DNA from: Chiloscyllium plagiosum
Lineage: Eukaryota
Assembly (NCBI RefSeq): GCF_004010195.1
Contig: NW_025215372.1
Span: forward strand, 1-38,857
DNA length: 38,857 nucleotides
Reading direction: 5' to 3'
The notes below the pieces were generated by a model, which saw only the letters and a list, made by a program, of their open reading frames with translations, did no database searches and was not told where the DNA came from. Shown piece by piece: positions 1 to 13,082 of this stretch. How positions within the stretch are numbered: the stretch's first letter is position 1; every line of letters begins with the position of its first letter. The position numbers were made by a program, and so were the translations under genes.

Positions 1-7
1 GACACAA

Positions 8-206
8 CATGCTGTCTCGAGCTCAGCTCTGGTTTAAAACAGGTAGGGGGTCACATCGTGAGGAAAACCAAAGAGACAGGTGAAGGCAAACAGAGCCTTC
101 TCCAGCATGCTGTCTCGAGCTCAGCTCTGGTTTAAAACAGGTAGGGGGTCACATCGTGAGGAAAACCAAAGAGACAGGTGAAGGCAAACAGAGCCTTCTC
201 CAGCAT
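8..206. repeat. Exact 98-bp tandem duplication (2 copies) in intron
   Basis: 8-105 is identical to 106-203, and the opening CAT recurs at 204-206. Confidence 0.95.
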
Positions 207-341
207 ATCACAAAGATGACTTGACACTTGCCCTATGTTCACTTAAAGCAACTGGTCTGTTACCAGGAGCAGGATCCTGCATGCTCCCCATCTCTAAATT
301 GGAGTAAAAAAATGTTGGAGATTCAATGGGCCTCAGTCCTA

Positions 342-644
<303 letters not shown>

Positions 645-782
645 CTACATCAATCACATTGCACCTTACAGAAACACCGATTAACTAACAGCTACATTTC
701 CCCCATCCCAACATCTGCAAACAACACAAAAAAAAAGCAGATAGCAGGGCAAGCACCGAGAGGGACACAGTTTACTCAGAGA

Positions 783-1224
783 TATTCATGGCTTCAGTCA
801 CTGGGCAAAAAGGTGGCAAATGGAGAATAACGTGAGAAATAGTGCAGTTGTTCATTTTCAAAGGGAGAACAAAAGAATGGAGTAATATTTAAATGCAGAA
901 AGCTGCGACACAAAGGAACTCGTGTGGACTTGTGGACAAAACACAGAAAGCTGGCACACAGAGGCAGAAGGGAATCAGGAAAGCTAATGGGATGTTGGTC
1001 CTTATTCCAAGGGGGTGAAAGTATAACAGTAGGGAAGTCTCACTGCAACTGGACACGGTGCTGTAATACTGAGAGCTGTTCCCGTTGCCTTGTTTAAGGA
1101 AAGATGTCATTTCATTGGAGGCAGTTTCAGAGAGAGTTCACGAGGATGATCCCTGGGAATGGGGAGGGATTGGCTGATGAGCAAAGGCTAAATAAGTTGA
1201 AGTTTACAAGAAGAAATAATCTCG
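783..1224 (+). mobile_element. Decayed CR1-type LINE fragment (5' piece of an interrupted copy)
   Basis: Degenerate CR1 ORF2 C-terminal sequence (W-A-..-W-Q-M, KANGML, LEAVQR.FTRMIPG-like). Confidence 0.7.
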
Positions 1225-2180
1225 CAACAAAGAACCTTCCAGCACAGGAACAGGCCCTTCAGCCCCTCCAAGCCTGCGCCGATCCAAATCCTCTATCTAA
1301 ACCTGTCGGCTATTTTCTAAGGATCTGTATCCCTTTGCTCCCTGCCCATCCATGTATCTGTCTAGGTACATCGTAAATGATGCTATTGTTCCCACCCCAA
1401 CCACCTCCACTGGCAATGAGTTCCAGGCACCCACCATCCTCTGCGTAAAGAATTTTCCACACATATCTCCCTTAAACCTTTCCTCTCTCACTTTGAACTC
1501 ATGACTCCTTGTAATTGAGTCCTCCACTCTGGGAAAAGGTTTCTTGTTCTCCGCCCTGTCTACATTTCTCGTGATTTTGTAGACCTCAATCAGGTCCCCC
1601 CCTCAACCGCTTTTTTTCTAATGAAAATAATCCTAACCTACTCAACCTCTCCTCAAACCTAGCGCCCTCCATACCAGGCAACATCCTGGTGAACCTCCTC
1701 TGCACCCTCCCCAAAGCATCCACATCCTTTAGGTAATGTGGCGACCAGAACTATACGCAATATTCCAAATGTGGCCAAACCAAAGTCTTACACAACTGTA
1801 ACATGACCTGCCAACACTTGTACTCAATACCCTGTCCATTGAAGGAAAGCATGCCCAATGCCTTCTTGACCACTTTACTGACCTGCGTTGCCACCTTCAG
1901 GGAACAACAGACCTGAACACCCAGATCCCTCTGCACATCAGTTTTCCCCAGGACTTTTCCATTTACTGTATAGTTCGCTCTTGAATTGGATCTTTCAAAA
2001 CGCATCACCTCGCATTTGTCTGAACTCCATCTGCCATTTCTCTGTCCAACTCTCCAATCTATCTATATTCTGCTGTATTCTCTAACAGTTCCCTTCACTA
2101 TCTGCTACTCAACCAATCTTAGTGCCATTTGCAAACTTGCTAACGAGGCAACCTACACCTTCCTCCAAATCATTGATGTA
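1225..2180 (-). mobile_element. CR1-type LINE 3' portion inserted in opposite orientation
   Basis: Minus ORFs 1751-2008 (QRDLGVQV..KKALGMLSF..LVWPHLEYCV) and 1297-1527 (TRSHEFKV..KFFTQRMVGAWNSLP) are typical CR1 ORF2 C-termini; 3' tail lies near 1225. Confidence 0.85.
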
Positions 2181-2532
2181 TATCAGATTCTTAAGAGGTT
2201 TGACAGGGTCAATGTTGAGAGGACGTTTCCCCTCACGGGAGAGTCTAGAACCAGTCTCAGAAATGAAGCAGCACCAATTTAAGACCGAGATCAGGAGAAA
2301 TTTCTTCTTGACAGTATTTGGAACTCTTTGGCACAGAGTGTGCGCTGAGAGTCCTTGTGTATATTCAAAGCTGAGAGATTAGGGGACTCTTGATCAGTTG
2401 GGGAATCAAGGGTCATGGGGAAAGGGCAGGAACGTGGAGATGAGGCATGTTAGACCAGCCATGACCCTATTGAATAGTGGAGCCGACTCGAAGGGTCAAA
2501 CAGCCTGGTCCTGTTCCTTATGGTCTCATGGT
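2181..2532 (+). mobile_element. CR1-type LINE 3' end (continuation of the 783-1224 copy)
   Basis: YQILKRFDRVNVERTFPL..ESRT..FKTEIRRNFF, followed by the CR1 3' tail (ttgaatagtggagccgactcgaagggtc...cttatggtctcatggtc). Confidence 0.75.
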
Positions 2533-2565
2533 CTTCATCCCAAACTACAATCGCACCTTTATTTA

Positions 2566-2748
<183 letters not shown>

Positions 2749-2816
2749 TTACAGGAATCCAGGGACTGGAAAGTTCTGGTTCCAACCTGCTGACACACTT
2801 GAAACAGGTTGGGGTT

Positions 2817-3134
2817 TTAGATTAGATTAGAATCCCCACAGTGTGGAAACAGGCCCTTTGGCCCAACAAGTTCACACCAACCCTCCGAAGAGCAACCAAC
2901 CCAGACCCATTCCCCTACATTTACCCCTTCACCTAACACTACGGGCAATTTAGCATGGTCAATTCACCTAACCTGCACATTTTTGGACTGTGGGAGGAAA
3001 CCGGAGCACCCGGAGGAAACCCACGCAGACACGGGGAGAATGCGCAAACTCCACAGTTGCCCAAGGTGGGAATTGAACCCGGGTCCCTGGCGCTGTGAGG
3101 CAGCAGTGCTAACCACTGTGCCACCATGCCACCC
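2817..3134 (-). mobile_element. tRNA-derived SINE, HE1/V-SINE-like (elasmobranch)
   Basis: Pol III A box (tggcacagtgg) and B box (ggttcaattcc), V-domain-like core (gggtttcctccgggtgctccggtttcctccc), (TCTAA)n tail; near-identical copy at 27231-27527. Confidence 0.85.
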
Positions 3135-3177
3135 CTTTTTGCCATTTCCCCACCCAACTTTACAACTGATGTGGGGT

Positions 3178-3197
3178 GGGGGGGGGGGGGGGGGGGG
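3178..3197. repeat. Poly-G run (about 20 nt)
   Basis: Seen directly. Confidence 0.9.
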
Positions 3198-3804
3198 AAG
3201 ATTAGCAGGAAGGAGAAAGCACGTCGGTCTTTATTCAGTTAACTACAATACAAATTGGAATCAGACCTTCTTTTGAAGGGAAAACTTACTTGGCGACAAG
3301 AAAAAAGCACATGGACAAAAGGAAATTCATTGAGTAGAGGTCAGGGCAGAGAGGGGGATCAGGGCAACAGGGCCCACAAATGAAAGGCTTCCCTGGGTTA
3401 GAATAGGGAAAGGCCAGTCAGTACTGCGGCTCCAAACCAGAATCCAGTAACTGCTGCTGGGAAAGATGTCGACATTGGTGCAGCTCTGGGGCTCAACTAG
3501 CAAGCTGGCATTAACTGTCCCGCAAACAGTTTGACATTGTTTGATGAAGAGGGACAGGAAGGCAGCACATGCTTGCAAGGCAGTGTCTGTATTCCCAAGG
3601 TGAGCACAGTGAGACAGAGAGAGCGCGCGTGTATGTGCGTGAGAGAATGAAAGGGAGGCAGACAATCAGAGCATATCTGAACTTAGGCAGGAACCATTCT
3701 CCGGTCATGTATTTGGAACGTACTCGCTCACTGTGGTTTCCTCTCTGGTGGTCAGAGTTGGGTGCCCGGCCAGCGGTCACTCCCCAGTGATGTCCCTGCC
3801 GAAC

Positions 3805-3947
3805 CTGCTGCAGTTCACACATGGGCTGCACGTTGCCAAGAGGCAGGTGGCCATGCTGGTTTGACATGCTGGGTTCAGCGGGGGTGAAGCCAAATGAGGC
3901 AGGCAAGCAGTGTTTGGAGGGGGGCTTGCATCCTGAGCTGGTCCCAC
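3805..3947 (-). CDS. DYRK1B: DYRK1B-like N-terminal exon, 143 bp; internal ATG at 3867-3865 gives 21 codons, and the upstream part is open in frame (phase 1 start)
   Basis: Acceptor ttttgtttgcAG at 3949-3948; reads (G)GTSSGCKPPSKHCLPASFGFTPAEPS-MSNQHGHLPLGNVQPMCELQQ; donor CAG|GTTCGG joins the 120-bp exon in frame; the 21-aa segment parallels mammalian DYRK1B MAVPPGHGPF..EHTQ. Confidence 0.8.
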
Positions 3948-4197
3948 CTGCAAACAAAACAAAGAAAAGCCAGTCATTCAGACATACGTCTACGTAGAAT
4001 AATAGAGGAGCTGCATTCCTCTGATGCCTCTTCCCCCTCGGGATGTCATGATGCTTCACAGCAAATGAATGAACTCATTACAGAAAATTCTCTGTAGTAA
4101 TGAAGGAAATGGTACAGACAATGCAGATACAGCAAGTGGCCAGGACAACCCAGGAGAGCAAATTGAGCTTCTGATTAATGTCTTAATTGAAATGACT

Positions 4198-4338
4198 GAC
4201 AGTGTGGCGCTCCCTCAGCACTGACCCTCCGACAGTGCCCACTCCCTCAGCACTGACCCTCCGACAGTGCCCACTCCCTCAGCACTGACCCCCCGACAGT
4301 GCCCACTCCCTCAGCACTGACCCTCCGACAGTGCGGCA
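4198..4338. repeat. 32-bp minisatellite, about 4.4 copies (ctccctcagcactgaccctccgacagtgccca)
   Basis: Units start at 4210, 4242, 4274 and 4306. Confidence 0.92.
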
Positions 4339-7300
4339 CCATTGACGGCGATTACAGAGCAACCTGCGATCCCCATTGACGGCGATTACAGAGCAACCTG
4401 CGATCCCCATTGACGGCGATTACAGAGCAACCTGCGATCCCCATTGACGGCGATTACAGAGCAACCTGCGATCCCCATTGACGGCGATTACAGAGCAACC
4501 TGCGATCCCCATTGACGGCGATTACAGAGCAACCTGCGATCCCCATTGACGGCGATTACAGAGCAACCTGCGATCCCCATTGACGGCGATTACAGAGCAA
4601 CCTGCGATCCCCATTGACGGCGATTACAGAGCAACCTGCGATCCCCATTGACGGCGATTACAGAGCAACCTGCGATCCCCATTGACGGCGATTACAGAGC
4701 AACCTGCGATCCCCATTGACGGCGATTACAGAGCAACCTGCGATCCCCATTGACGGCGATTACAGAGCAACCTGCGATCCCCATTGACGGCGATTACAGA
4801 GCAACCTGCGATCCCCATTGACGGCGATTACAGAGCAACCTGCGATCCCCATTGACGGCGATTACAGAGCAACCTGCGATCCCCATTGACGGCGATTACA
4901 GAGCAACCTGCGATCCCCATTGACGGCGATTACAGAGCAACCTGCGATCCCCATTGACGGCGATTACAGAGCAACCTGCGATCCCCATTGACGGCGATTA
5001 CAGAGCAACCTGCGATCCCCATTGACGGCGATTACAGAGCAACCTGCGATCCCCATTGACGGCGATTACAGAGCAACCTGCGATCCCCATTGACGGCGAT
5101 TACAGAGCAACCTGCGATCCCCATTGACGGCGATTACAGAGCAACCTGCGATCCCCATTGACGGCGATTACAGAGCAACCTGCGATCCCCATTGACGGCG
5201 ATTACAGAGCAACCTGCGATCCCCATTGACGGCGATTACAGAGCAACCTGCGATCCCCATTGACGGCGATTACAGAGCAACCTGCGATCCCCATTGACGG
5301 CGATTACAGAGCAACCTGCGATCCCCATTGACGGCGATTACAGAGCAACCTGCGATCCCCATTGACGGCGATTACAGAGCAACCTGCGATCCCCATTGAC
5401 GGCGATTACAGAGCAACCTGCGATCCCCATTGACGGCGATTACAGAGCAACCTGCGATCCCCATTGACGGCGATTACAGAGCAACCTGCGATCCCCATTG
5501 ACGGCGATTACAGAGCAACCTGCGATCCCCATTGACGGCGATTACAGAGCAACCTGCGATCCCCATTGACGGCGATTACAGAGCAACCTGCGATCCCCAT
5601 TGACGGCGATTACAGAGCAACCTGCGATCCCCATTGACGGCGATTACAGAGCAACCTGCGATCCCCATTGACGGCGATTACAGAGCAACCTGCGATCCCC
5701 ATTGACGGCGATTACAGAGCAACCTGCGATCCCCATTGACGGCGATTACAGAGCAACCTGCGATCCCCATTGACGGCGATTACAGAGCAACCTGCGATCC
5801 CCATTGACGGCGATTACAGAGCAACCTGCGATCCCCATTGACGGCGATTACAGAGCAACCTGCGATCCCCATTGACGGCGATTACAGAGCAACCTGCGAT
5901 CCCCATTGACGGCGATTACAGAGCAACCTGCGATCCCCATTGACGGCGATTACAGAGCAACCTGCGATCCCCATTGACGGCGATTACAGAGCAACCTGCG
6001 ATCCCCATTGACGGCGATTACAGAGCAACCTGCGATCCCCATTGACGGCGATTACAGAGCAACCTGCGATCCCCATTGACGGCGATTACAGAGCAACCTG
6101 CGATCCCCATTGACGGCGATTACAGAGCAACCTGCGATCCCCATTGACGGCGATTACAGAGCAACCTGCGATCCCCATTGACGGCGATTACAGAGCAACC
6201 TGCGATCCCCATTGACGGCGATTACAGAGCAACCTGCGATCCCCATTGACGGCGATTACAGAGCAACCTGCGATCCCCATTGACGGCGATTACAGAGCAA
6301 CCTGCGATCCCCATTGACGGCGATTACAGAGCAACCTGCGATCCCCATTGACGGCGATTACAGAGCAACCTGCGATCCCCATTGACGGCGATTACAGAGC
6401 AACCTGCGATCCCCATTGACGGCGATTACAGAGCAACCTGCGATCCCCATTGACGGCGATTACAGAGCAACCTGCGATCCCCATTGACGGCGATTACAGA
6501 GCAACCTGCGATCCCCATTGACGGCGATTACAGAGCAACCTGCGATCCCCATTGACGGCGATTACAGAGCAACCTGCGATCCCCATTGACGGCGATTACA
6601 GAGCAACCTGCGATCCCCATTGACGGCGATTACAGAGCAACCTGCGATCCCCATTGACGGCGATTACAGAGCAACCTGCGATCCCCATTGACGGCGATTA
6701 CAGAGCAACCTGCGATCCCCATTGACGGCGATTACAGAGCAACCTGCGATCCCCATTGACGGCGATTACAGAGCAACCTGCGATCCCCATTGACGGCGAT
6801 TACAGAGCAACCTGCGATCCCCATTGACGGCGATTACAGAGCAACCTGCGATCCCCATTGACGGCGATTACAGAGCAACCTGCGATCCCCATTGACGGCG
6901 ATTACAGAGCAACCTGCGATCCCCATTGACGGCGATTACAGAGCAACCTGCGATCCCCATTGACGGCGATTACAGAGCAACCTGCGATCCCCATTGACGG
7001 CGATTACAGAGCAACCTGCGATCCCCATTGACGGCGATTACAGAGCAACCTGCGATCCCCATTGACGGCGATTACAGAGCAACCTGCGATCCCCATTGAC
7101 GGCGATTACAGAGCAACCTGCGATCCCCATTGACGGCGATTACAGAGCAACCTGCGATCCCCATTGACGGCGATTACAGAGCAACCTGCGATCCCCATTG
7201 ACGGCGATTACAGAGCAACCTGCGATCCCCATTGACGGCGATTACAGAGCAACCTGCGATCCCCATTGACGGCGATTACAGAGCAACCTGCGATCCCCAT

Positions 7301-10300
7301 TGACGGCGATTACAGAGCAACCTGCGATCCCCATTGACGGCGATTACAGAGCAACCTGCGATCCCCATTGACGGCGATTACAGAGCAACCTGCGATCCCC
7401 ATTGACGGCGATTACAGAGCAACCTGCGATCCCCATTGACGGCGATTACAGAGCAACCTGCGATCCCCATTGACGGCGATTACAGAGCAACCTGCGATCC
7501 CCATTGACGGCGATTACAGAGCAACCTGCGATCCCCATTGACGGCGATTACAGAGCAACCTGCGATCCCCATTGACGGCGATTACAGAGCAACCTGCGAT
7601 CCCCATTGACGGCGATTACAGAGCAACCTGCGATCCCCATTGACGGCGATTACAGAGCAACCTGCGATCCCCATTGACGGCGATTACAGAGCAACCTGCG
7701 ATCCCCATTGACGGCGATTACAGAGCAACCTGCGATCCCCATTGACGGCGATTACAGAGCAACCTGCGATCCCCATTGACGGCGATTACAGAGCAACCTG
7801 CGATCCCCATTGACGGCGATTACAGAGCAACCTGCGATCCCCATTGACGGCGATTACAGAGCAACCTGCGATCCCCATTGACGGCGATTACAGAGCAACC
7901 TGCGATCCCCATTGACGGCGATTACAGAGCAACCTGCGATCCCCATTGACGGCGATTACAGAGCAACCTGCGATCCCCATTGACGGCGATTACAGAGCAA
8001 CCTGCGATCCCCATTGACGGCGATTACAGAGCAACCTGCGATCCCCATTGACGGCGATTACAGAGCAACCTGCGATCCCCATTGACGGCGATTACAGAGC
8101 AACCTGCGATCCCCATTGACGGCGATTACAGAGCAACCTGCGATCCCCATTGACGGCGATTACAGAGCAACCTGCGATCCCCATTGACGGCGATTACAGA
8201 GCAACCTGCGATCCCCATTGACGGCGATTACAGAGCAACCTGCGATCCCCATTGACGGCGATTACAGAGCAACCTGCGATCCCCATTGACGGCGATTACA
8301 GAGCAACCTGCGATCCCCATTGACGGCGATTACAGAGCAACCTGCGATCCCCATTGACGGCGATTACAGAGCAACCTGCGATCCCCATTGACGGCGATTA
8401 CAGAGCAACCTGCGATCCCCATTGACGGCGATTACAGAGCAACCTGCGATCCCCATTGACGGCGATTACAGAGCAACCTGCGATCCCCATTGACGGCGAT
8501 TACAGAGCAACCTGCGATCCCCATTGACGGCGATTACAGAGCAACCTGCGATCCCCATTGACGGCGATTACAGAGCAACCTGCGATCCCCATTGACGGCG
8601 ATTACAGAGCAACCTGCGATCCCCATTGACGGCGATTACAGAGCAACCTGCGATCCCCATTGACGGCGATTACAGAGCAACCTGCGATCCCCATTGACGG
8701 CGATTACAGAGCAACCTGCGATCCCCATTGACGGCGATTACAGAGCAACCTGCGATCCCCATTGACGGCGATTACAGAGCAACCTGCGATCCCCATTGAC
8801 GGCGATTACAGAGCAACCTGCGATCCCCATTGACGGCGATTACAGAGCAACCTGCGATCCCCATTGACGGCGATTACAGAGCAACCTGCGATCCCCATTG
8901 ACGGCGATTACAGAGCAACCTGCGATCCCCATTGACGGCGATTACAGAGCAACCTGCGATCCCCATTGACGGCGATTACAGAGCAACCTGCGATCCCCAT
9001 TGACGGCGATTACAGAGCAACCTGCGATCCCCATTGACGGCGATTACAGAGCAACCTGCGATCCCCATTGACGGCGATTACAGAGCAACCTGCGATCCCC
9101 ATTGACGGCGATTACAGAGCAACCTGCGATCCCCATTGACGGCGATTACAGAGCAACCTGCGATCCCCATTGACGGCGATTACAGAGCAACCTGCGATCC
9201 CCATTGACGGCGATTACAGAGCAACCTGCGATCCCCATTGACGGCGATTACAGAGCAACCTGCGATCCCCATTGACGGCGATTACAGAGCAACCTGCGAT
9301 CCCCATTGACGGCGATTACAGAGCAACCTGCGATCCCCATTGACGGCGATTACAGAGCAACCTGCGATCCCCATTGACGGCGATTACAGAGCAACCTGCG
9401 ATCCCCATTGACGGCGATTACAGAGCAACCTGCGATCCCCATTGACGGCGATTACAGAGCAACCTGCGATCCCCATTGACGGCGATTACAGAGCAACCTG
9501 CGATCCCCATTGACGGCGATTACAGAGCAACCTGCGATCCCCATTGACGGCGATTACAGAGCAACCTGCGATCCCCATTGACGGCGATTACAGAGCAACC
9601 TGCGATCCCCATTGACGGCGATTACAGAGCAACCTGCGATCCCCATTGACGGCGATTACAGAGCAACCTGCGATCCCCATTGACGGCGATTACAGAGCAA
9701 CCTGCGATCCCCATTGACGGCGATTACAGAGCAACCTGCGATCCCCATTGACGGCGATTACAGAGCAACCTGCGATCCCCATTGACGGCGATTACAGAGC
9801 AACCTGCGATCCCCATTGACGGCGATTACAGAGCAACCTGCGATCCCCATTGACGGCGATTACAGAGCAACCTGCGATCCCCATTGACGGCGATTACAGA
9901 GCAACCTGCGATCCCCATTGACGGCGATTACAGAGCAACCTGCGATCCCCATTGACGGCGATTACAGAGCAACCTGCGATCCCCATTGACGGCGATTACA
10001 GAGCAACCTGCGATCCCCATTGACGGCGATTACAGAGCAACCTGCGATCCCCATTGACGGCGATTACAGAGCAACCTGCGATCCCCATTGACGGCGATTA
10101 CAGAGCAACCTGCGATCCCCATTGACGGCGATTACAGAGCAACCTGCGATCCCCATTGACGGCGATTACAGAGCAACCTGCGATCCCCATTGACGGCGAT
10201 TACAGAGCAACCTGCGATCCCCATTGACGGCGATTACAGAGCAACCTGCGATCCCCATTGACGGCGATTACAGAGCAACCTGCGATCCCCATTGACGGCG

Positions 10301-12464
10301 ATTACAGAGCAACCTGCGATCCCCATTGACGGCGATTACAGAGCAACCTGCGATCCCCATTGACGGCGATTACAGAGCAACCTGCGATCCCCATTGACGG
10401 CGATTACAGAGCAACCTGCGATCCCCATTGACGGCGATTACAGAGCAACCTGCGATCCCCATTGACGGCGATTACAGAGCAACCTGCGATCCCCATTGAC
10501 GGCGATTACAGAGCAACCTGCGATCCCCATTGACGGCGATTACAGAGCAACCTGCGATCCCCATTGACGGCGATTACAGAGCAACCTGCGATCCCCATTG
10601 ACGGCGATTACAGAGCAACCTGCGATCCCCATTGACGGCGATTACAGAGCAACCTGCGATCCCCATTGACGGCGATTACAGAGCAACCTGCGATCCCCAT
10701 TGACGGCGATTACAGAGCAACCTGCGATCCCCATTGACGGCGATTACAGAGCAACCTGCGATCCCCATTGACGGCGATTACAGAGCAACCTGCGATCCCC
10801 ATTGACGGCGATTACAGAGCAACCTGCGATCCCCATTGACGGCGATTACAGAGCAACCTGCGATCCCCATTGACGGCGATTACAGAGCAACCTGCGATCC
10901 CCATTGACGGCGATTACAGAGCAACCTGCGATCCCCATTGACGGCGATTACAGAGCAACCTGCGATCCCCATTGACGGCGATTACAGAGCAACCTGCGAT
11001 CCCCATTGACGGCGATTACAGAGCAACCTGCGATCCCCATTGACGGCGATTACAGAGCAACCTGCGATCCCCATTGACGGCGATTACAGAGCAACCTGCG
11101 ATCCCCATTGACGGCGATTACAGAGCAACCTGCGATCCCCATTGACGGCGATTACAGAGCAACCTGCGATCCCCATTGACGGCGATTACAGAGCAACCTG
11201 CGATCCCCATTGACGGCGATTACAGAGCAACCTGCGATCCCCATTGACGGCGATTACAGAGCAACCTGCGATCCCCATTGACGGCGATTACAGAGCAACC
11301 TGCGATCCCCATTGACGGCGATTACAGAGCAACCTGCGATCCCCATTGACGGCGATTACAGAGCAACCTGCGATCCCCATTGACGGCGATTACAGAGCAA
11401 CCTGCGATCCCCATTGACGGCGATTACAGAGCAACCTGCGATCCCCATTGACGGCGATTACAGAGCAACCTGCGATCCCCATTGACGGCGATTACAGAGC
11501 AACCTGCGATCCCCATTGACGGCGATTACAGAGCAACCTGCGATCCCCATTGACGGCGATTACAGAGCAACCTGCGATCCCCATTGACGGCGATTACAGA
11601 GCAACCTGCGATCCCCATTGACGGCGATTACAGAGCAACCTGCGATCCCCATTGACGGCGATTACAGAGCAACCTGCGATCCCCATTGACGGCGATTACA
11701 GAGCAACCTGCGATCCCCATTGACGGCGATTACAGAGCAACCTGCGATCCCCATTGACGGCGATTACAGAGCAACCTGCGATCCCCATTGACGGCGATTA
11801 CAGAGCAACCTGCGATCCCCATTGACGGCGATTACAGAGCAACCTGCGATCCCCATTGACGGCGATTACAGAGCAACCTGCGATCCCCATTGACGGCGAT
11901 TACAGAGCAACCTGCGATCCCCATTGACGGCGATTACAGAGCAACCTGCGATCCCCATTGACGGCGATTACAGAGCAACCTGCGATCCCCATTGACGGCG
12001 ATTACAGAGCAACCTGCGATCCCCATTGACGGCGATTACAGAGCAACCTGCGATCCCCATTGACGGCGATTACAGAGCAACCTGCGATCCCCATTGACGG
12101 CGATTACAGAGCAACCTGCGATCCCCATTGACGGCGATTACAGAGCAACCTGCGATCCCCATTGACGGCGATTACAGAGCAACCTGCGATCCCCATTGAC
12201 GGCGATTACAGAGCAACCTGCGATCCCCATTGACGGCGATTACAGAGCAACCTGCGATCCCCATTGACGGCGATTACAGAGCAACCTGCGATCCCCATTG
12301 ACGGCGATTACAGAGCAACCTGCGATCCCCATTGACGGCGATTACAGAGCAACCTGCGATCCCCATTGACGGCGATTACAGAGCAACCTGCGATCCCCAT
12401 TGACGGCGATTACAGAGCAACCTGCGATCCCCATTGACGGCGATTACAGAGCAACCTGCGATCC
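4339..12464. repeat. 34-bp tandem array, 239 apparently identical units (ccattgacggcgattacagagcaacctgcgatcc)
   Basis: Phase is kept across the array (4341, 4681, 5701 ... 11821, 12433 differ by multiples of 34); no variant unit was noticed by eye. Confidence 0.97.
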
Positions 12465-12935
12465 CCATCGACGCTGCGACGGCAATTACAGAGCATCCTG
12501 CGATCAGCAGCGACGGCGATTACAGAGCAACATGCGATCAGCATCGACACCGCGATAGCGATTACAGAGCAACATGCGATCAGCACTGACACAGTGACAG
12601 CGATTACAGAGCAACCTGCAATCAGCAGCGACAGCGATTACAGAGCAACCTGCGATCAGCATCGACACCGCGACAGCGATTACAGAGCAACATGCGATCA
12701 GCATCGACACCGCCATAGCGATTACAGAGCAACATGCGATCAGCACTGACACAGTGACAGCGATTACAGAGCAACCTGCGATCAGCAGCAACAGCGATTA
12801 CAGAGCAACATGCGGTCAGCATCGACACAGTGACGGCGATTACAGAGCAACCTGCGATCCCCATCGACGGCGATTACAGAGCAACCTGCGATCAGCAGCG
12901 ACGGTAATTACACAGCAACATGCGATCAACATCGA
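12465..12935. repeat. Degenerate, variable-length tail of the 34-bp satellite
   Basis: Core gcgattacagagcaac(c/a)tgcgatc separated by related linkers (agcagcgac.., agcatcgacaccgc.., agcactgacacagtgaca). Confidence 0.93.
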
Positions 12936-12951
12936 ATCAACAAATTTCCTC

Positions 12952-13082
12952 ATTCTGAGGAAGAGTCACCGGACCCGAAACATTAACTCTGATTTCTCTT
13001 CACAGATGCTGCCAGACCTGCTGAGCTTTTTCAACAAGTTCTGTTTTTGTTTCTGATTCACAGCATCTGCAGTTCTTTTGGT
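12952..13082 (+). mobile_element. Short Penelope-terminus-like element with a degenerate hammerhead motif
   Basis: CTGAGGA-A-GAGTC-ACCG-GACCC-GAAA-CATT at 12955-12984, then gatgctgccagacctgctgag...cagcatctgcag, as in the copies at about 24945, 25180, 25308, 26911 and 31370. Confidence 0.65.

Noticed and set aside
2817..3134. tRNA gene
   Set aside because: A and B boxes are present but lead into a SINE body and tail with no complete cloverleaf; the same applies at 27231-27527 and 27635-27845
3511..4059. 182-aa minus-strand ORF as a single gene
   Set aside because: Only 3805-3947 is bounded by splice signals and resembles DYRK1; the rest is intronic
4339..12935. CRISPR-like repeat/spacer appearance
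   Set aside because: The main array has no spacers, tail linkers are short, related and recurrent, there are no cas genes, and the context is a eukaryotic intron
12410..13056. Repetitive ORFs (LIACCSVIA.., DRMLLCNR..)
   Set aside because: Translations of the degenerate satellite in several frames with no sign of real coding
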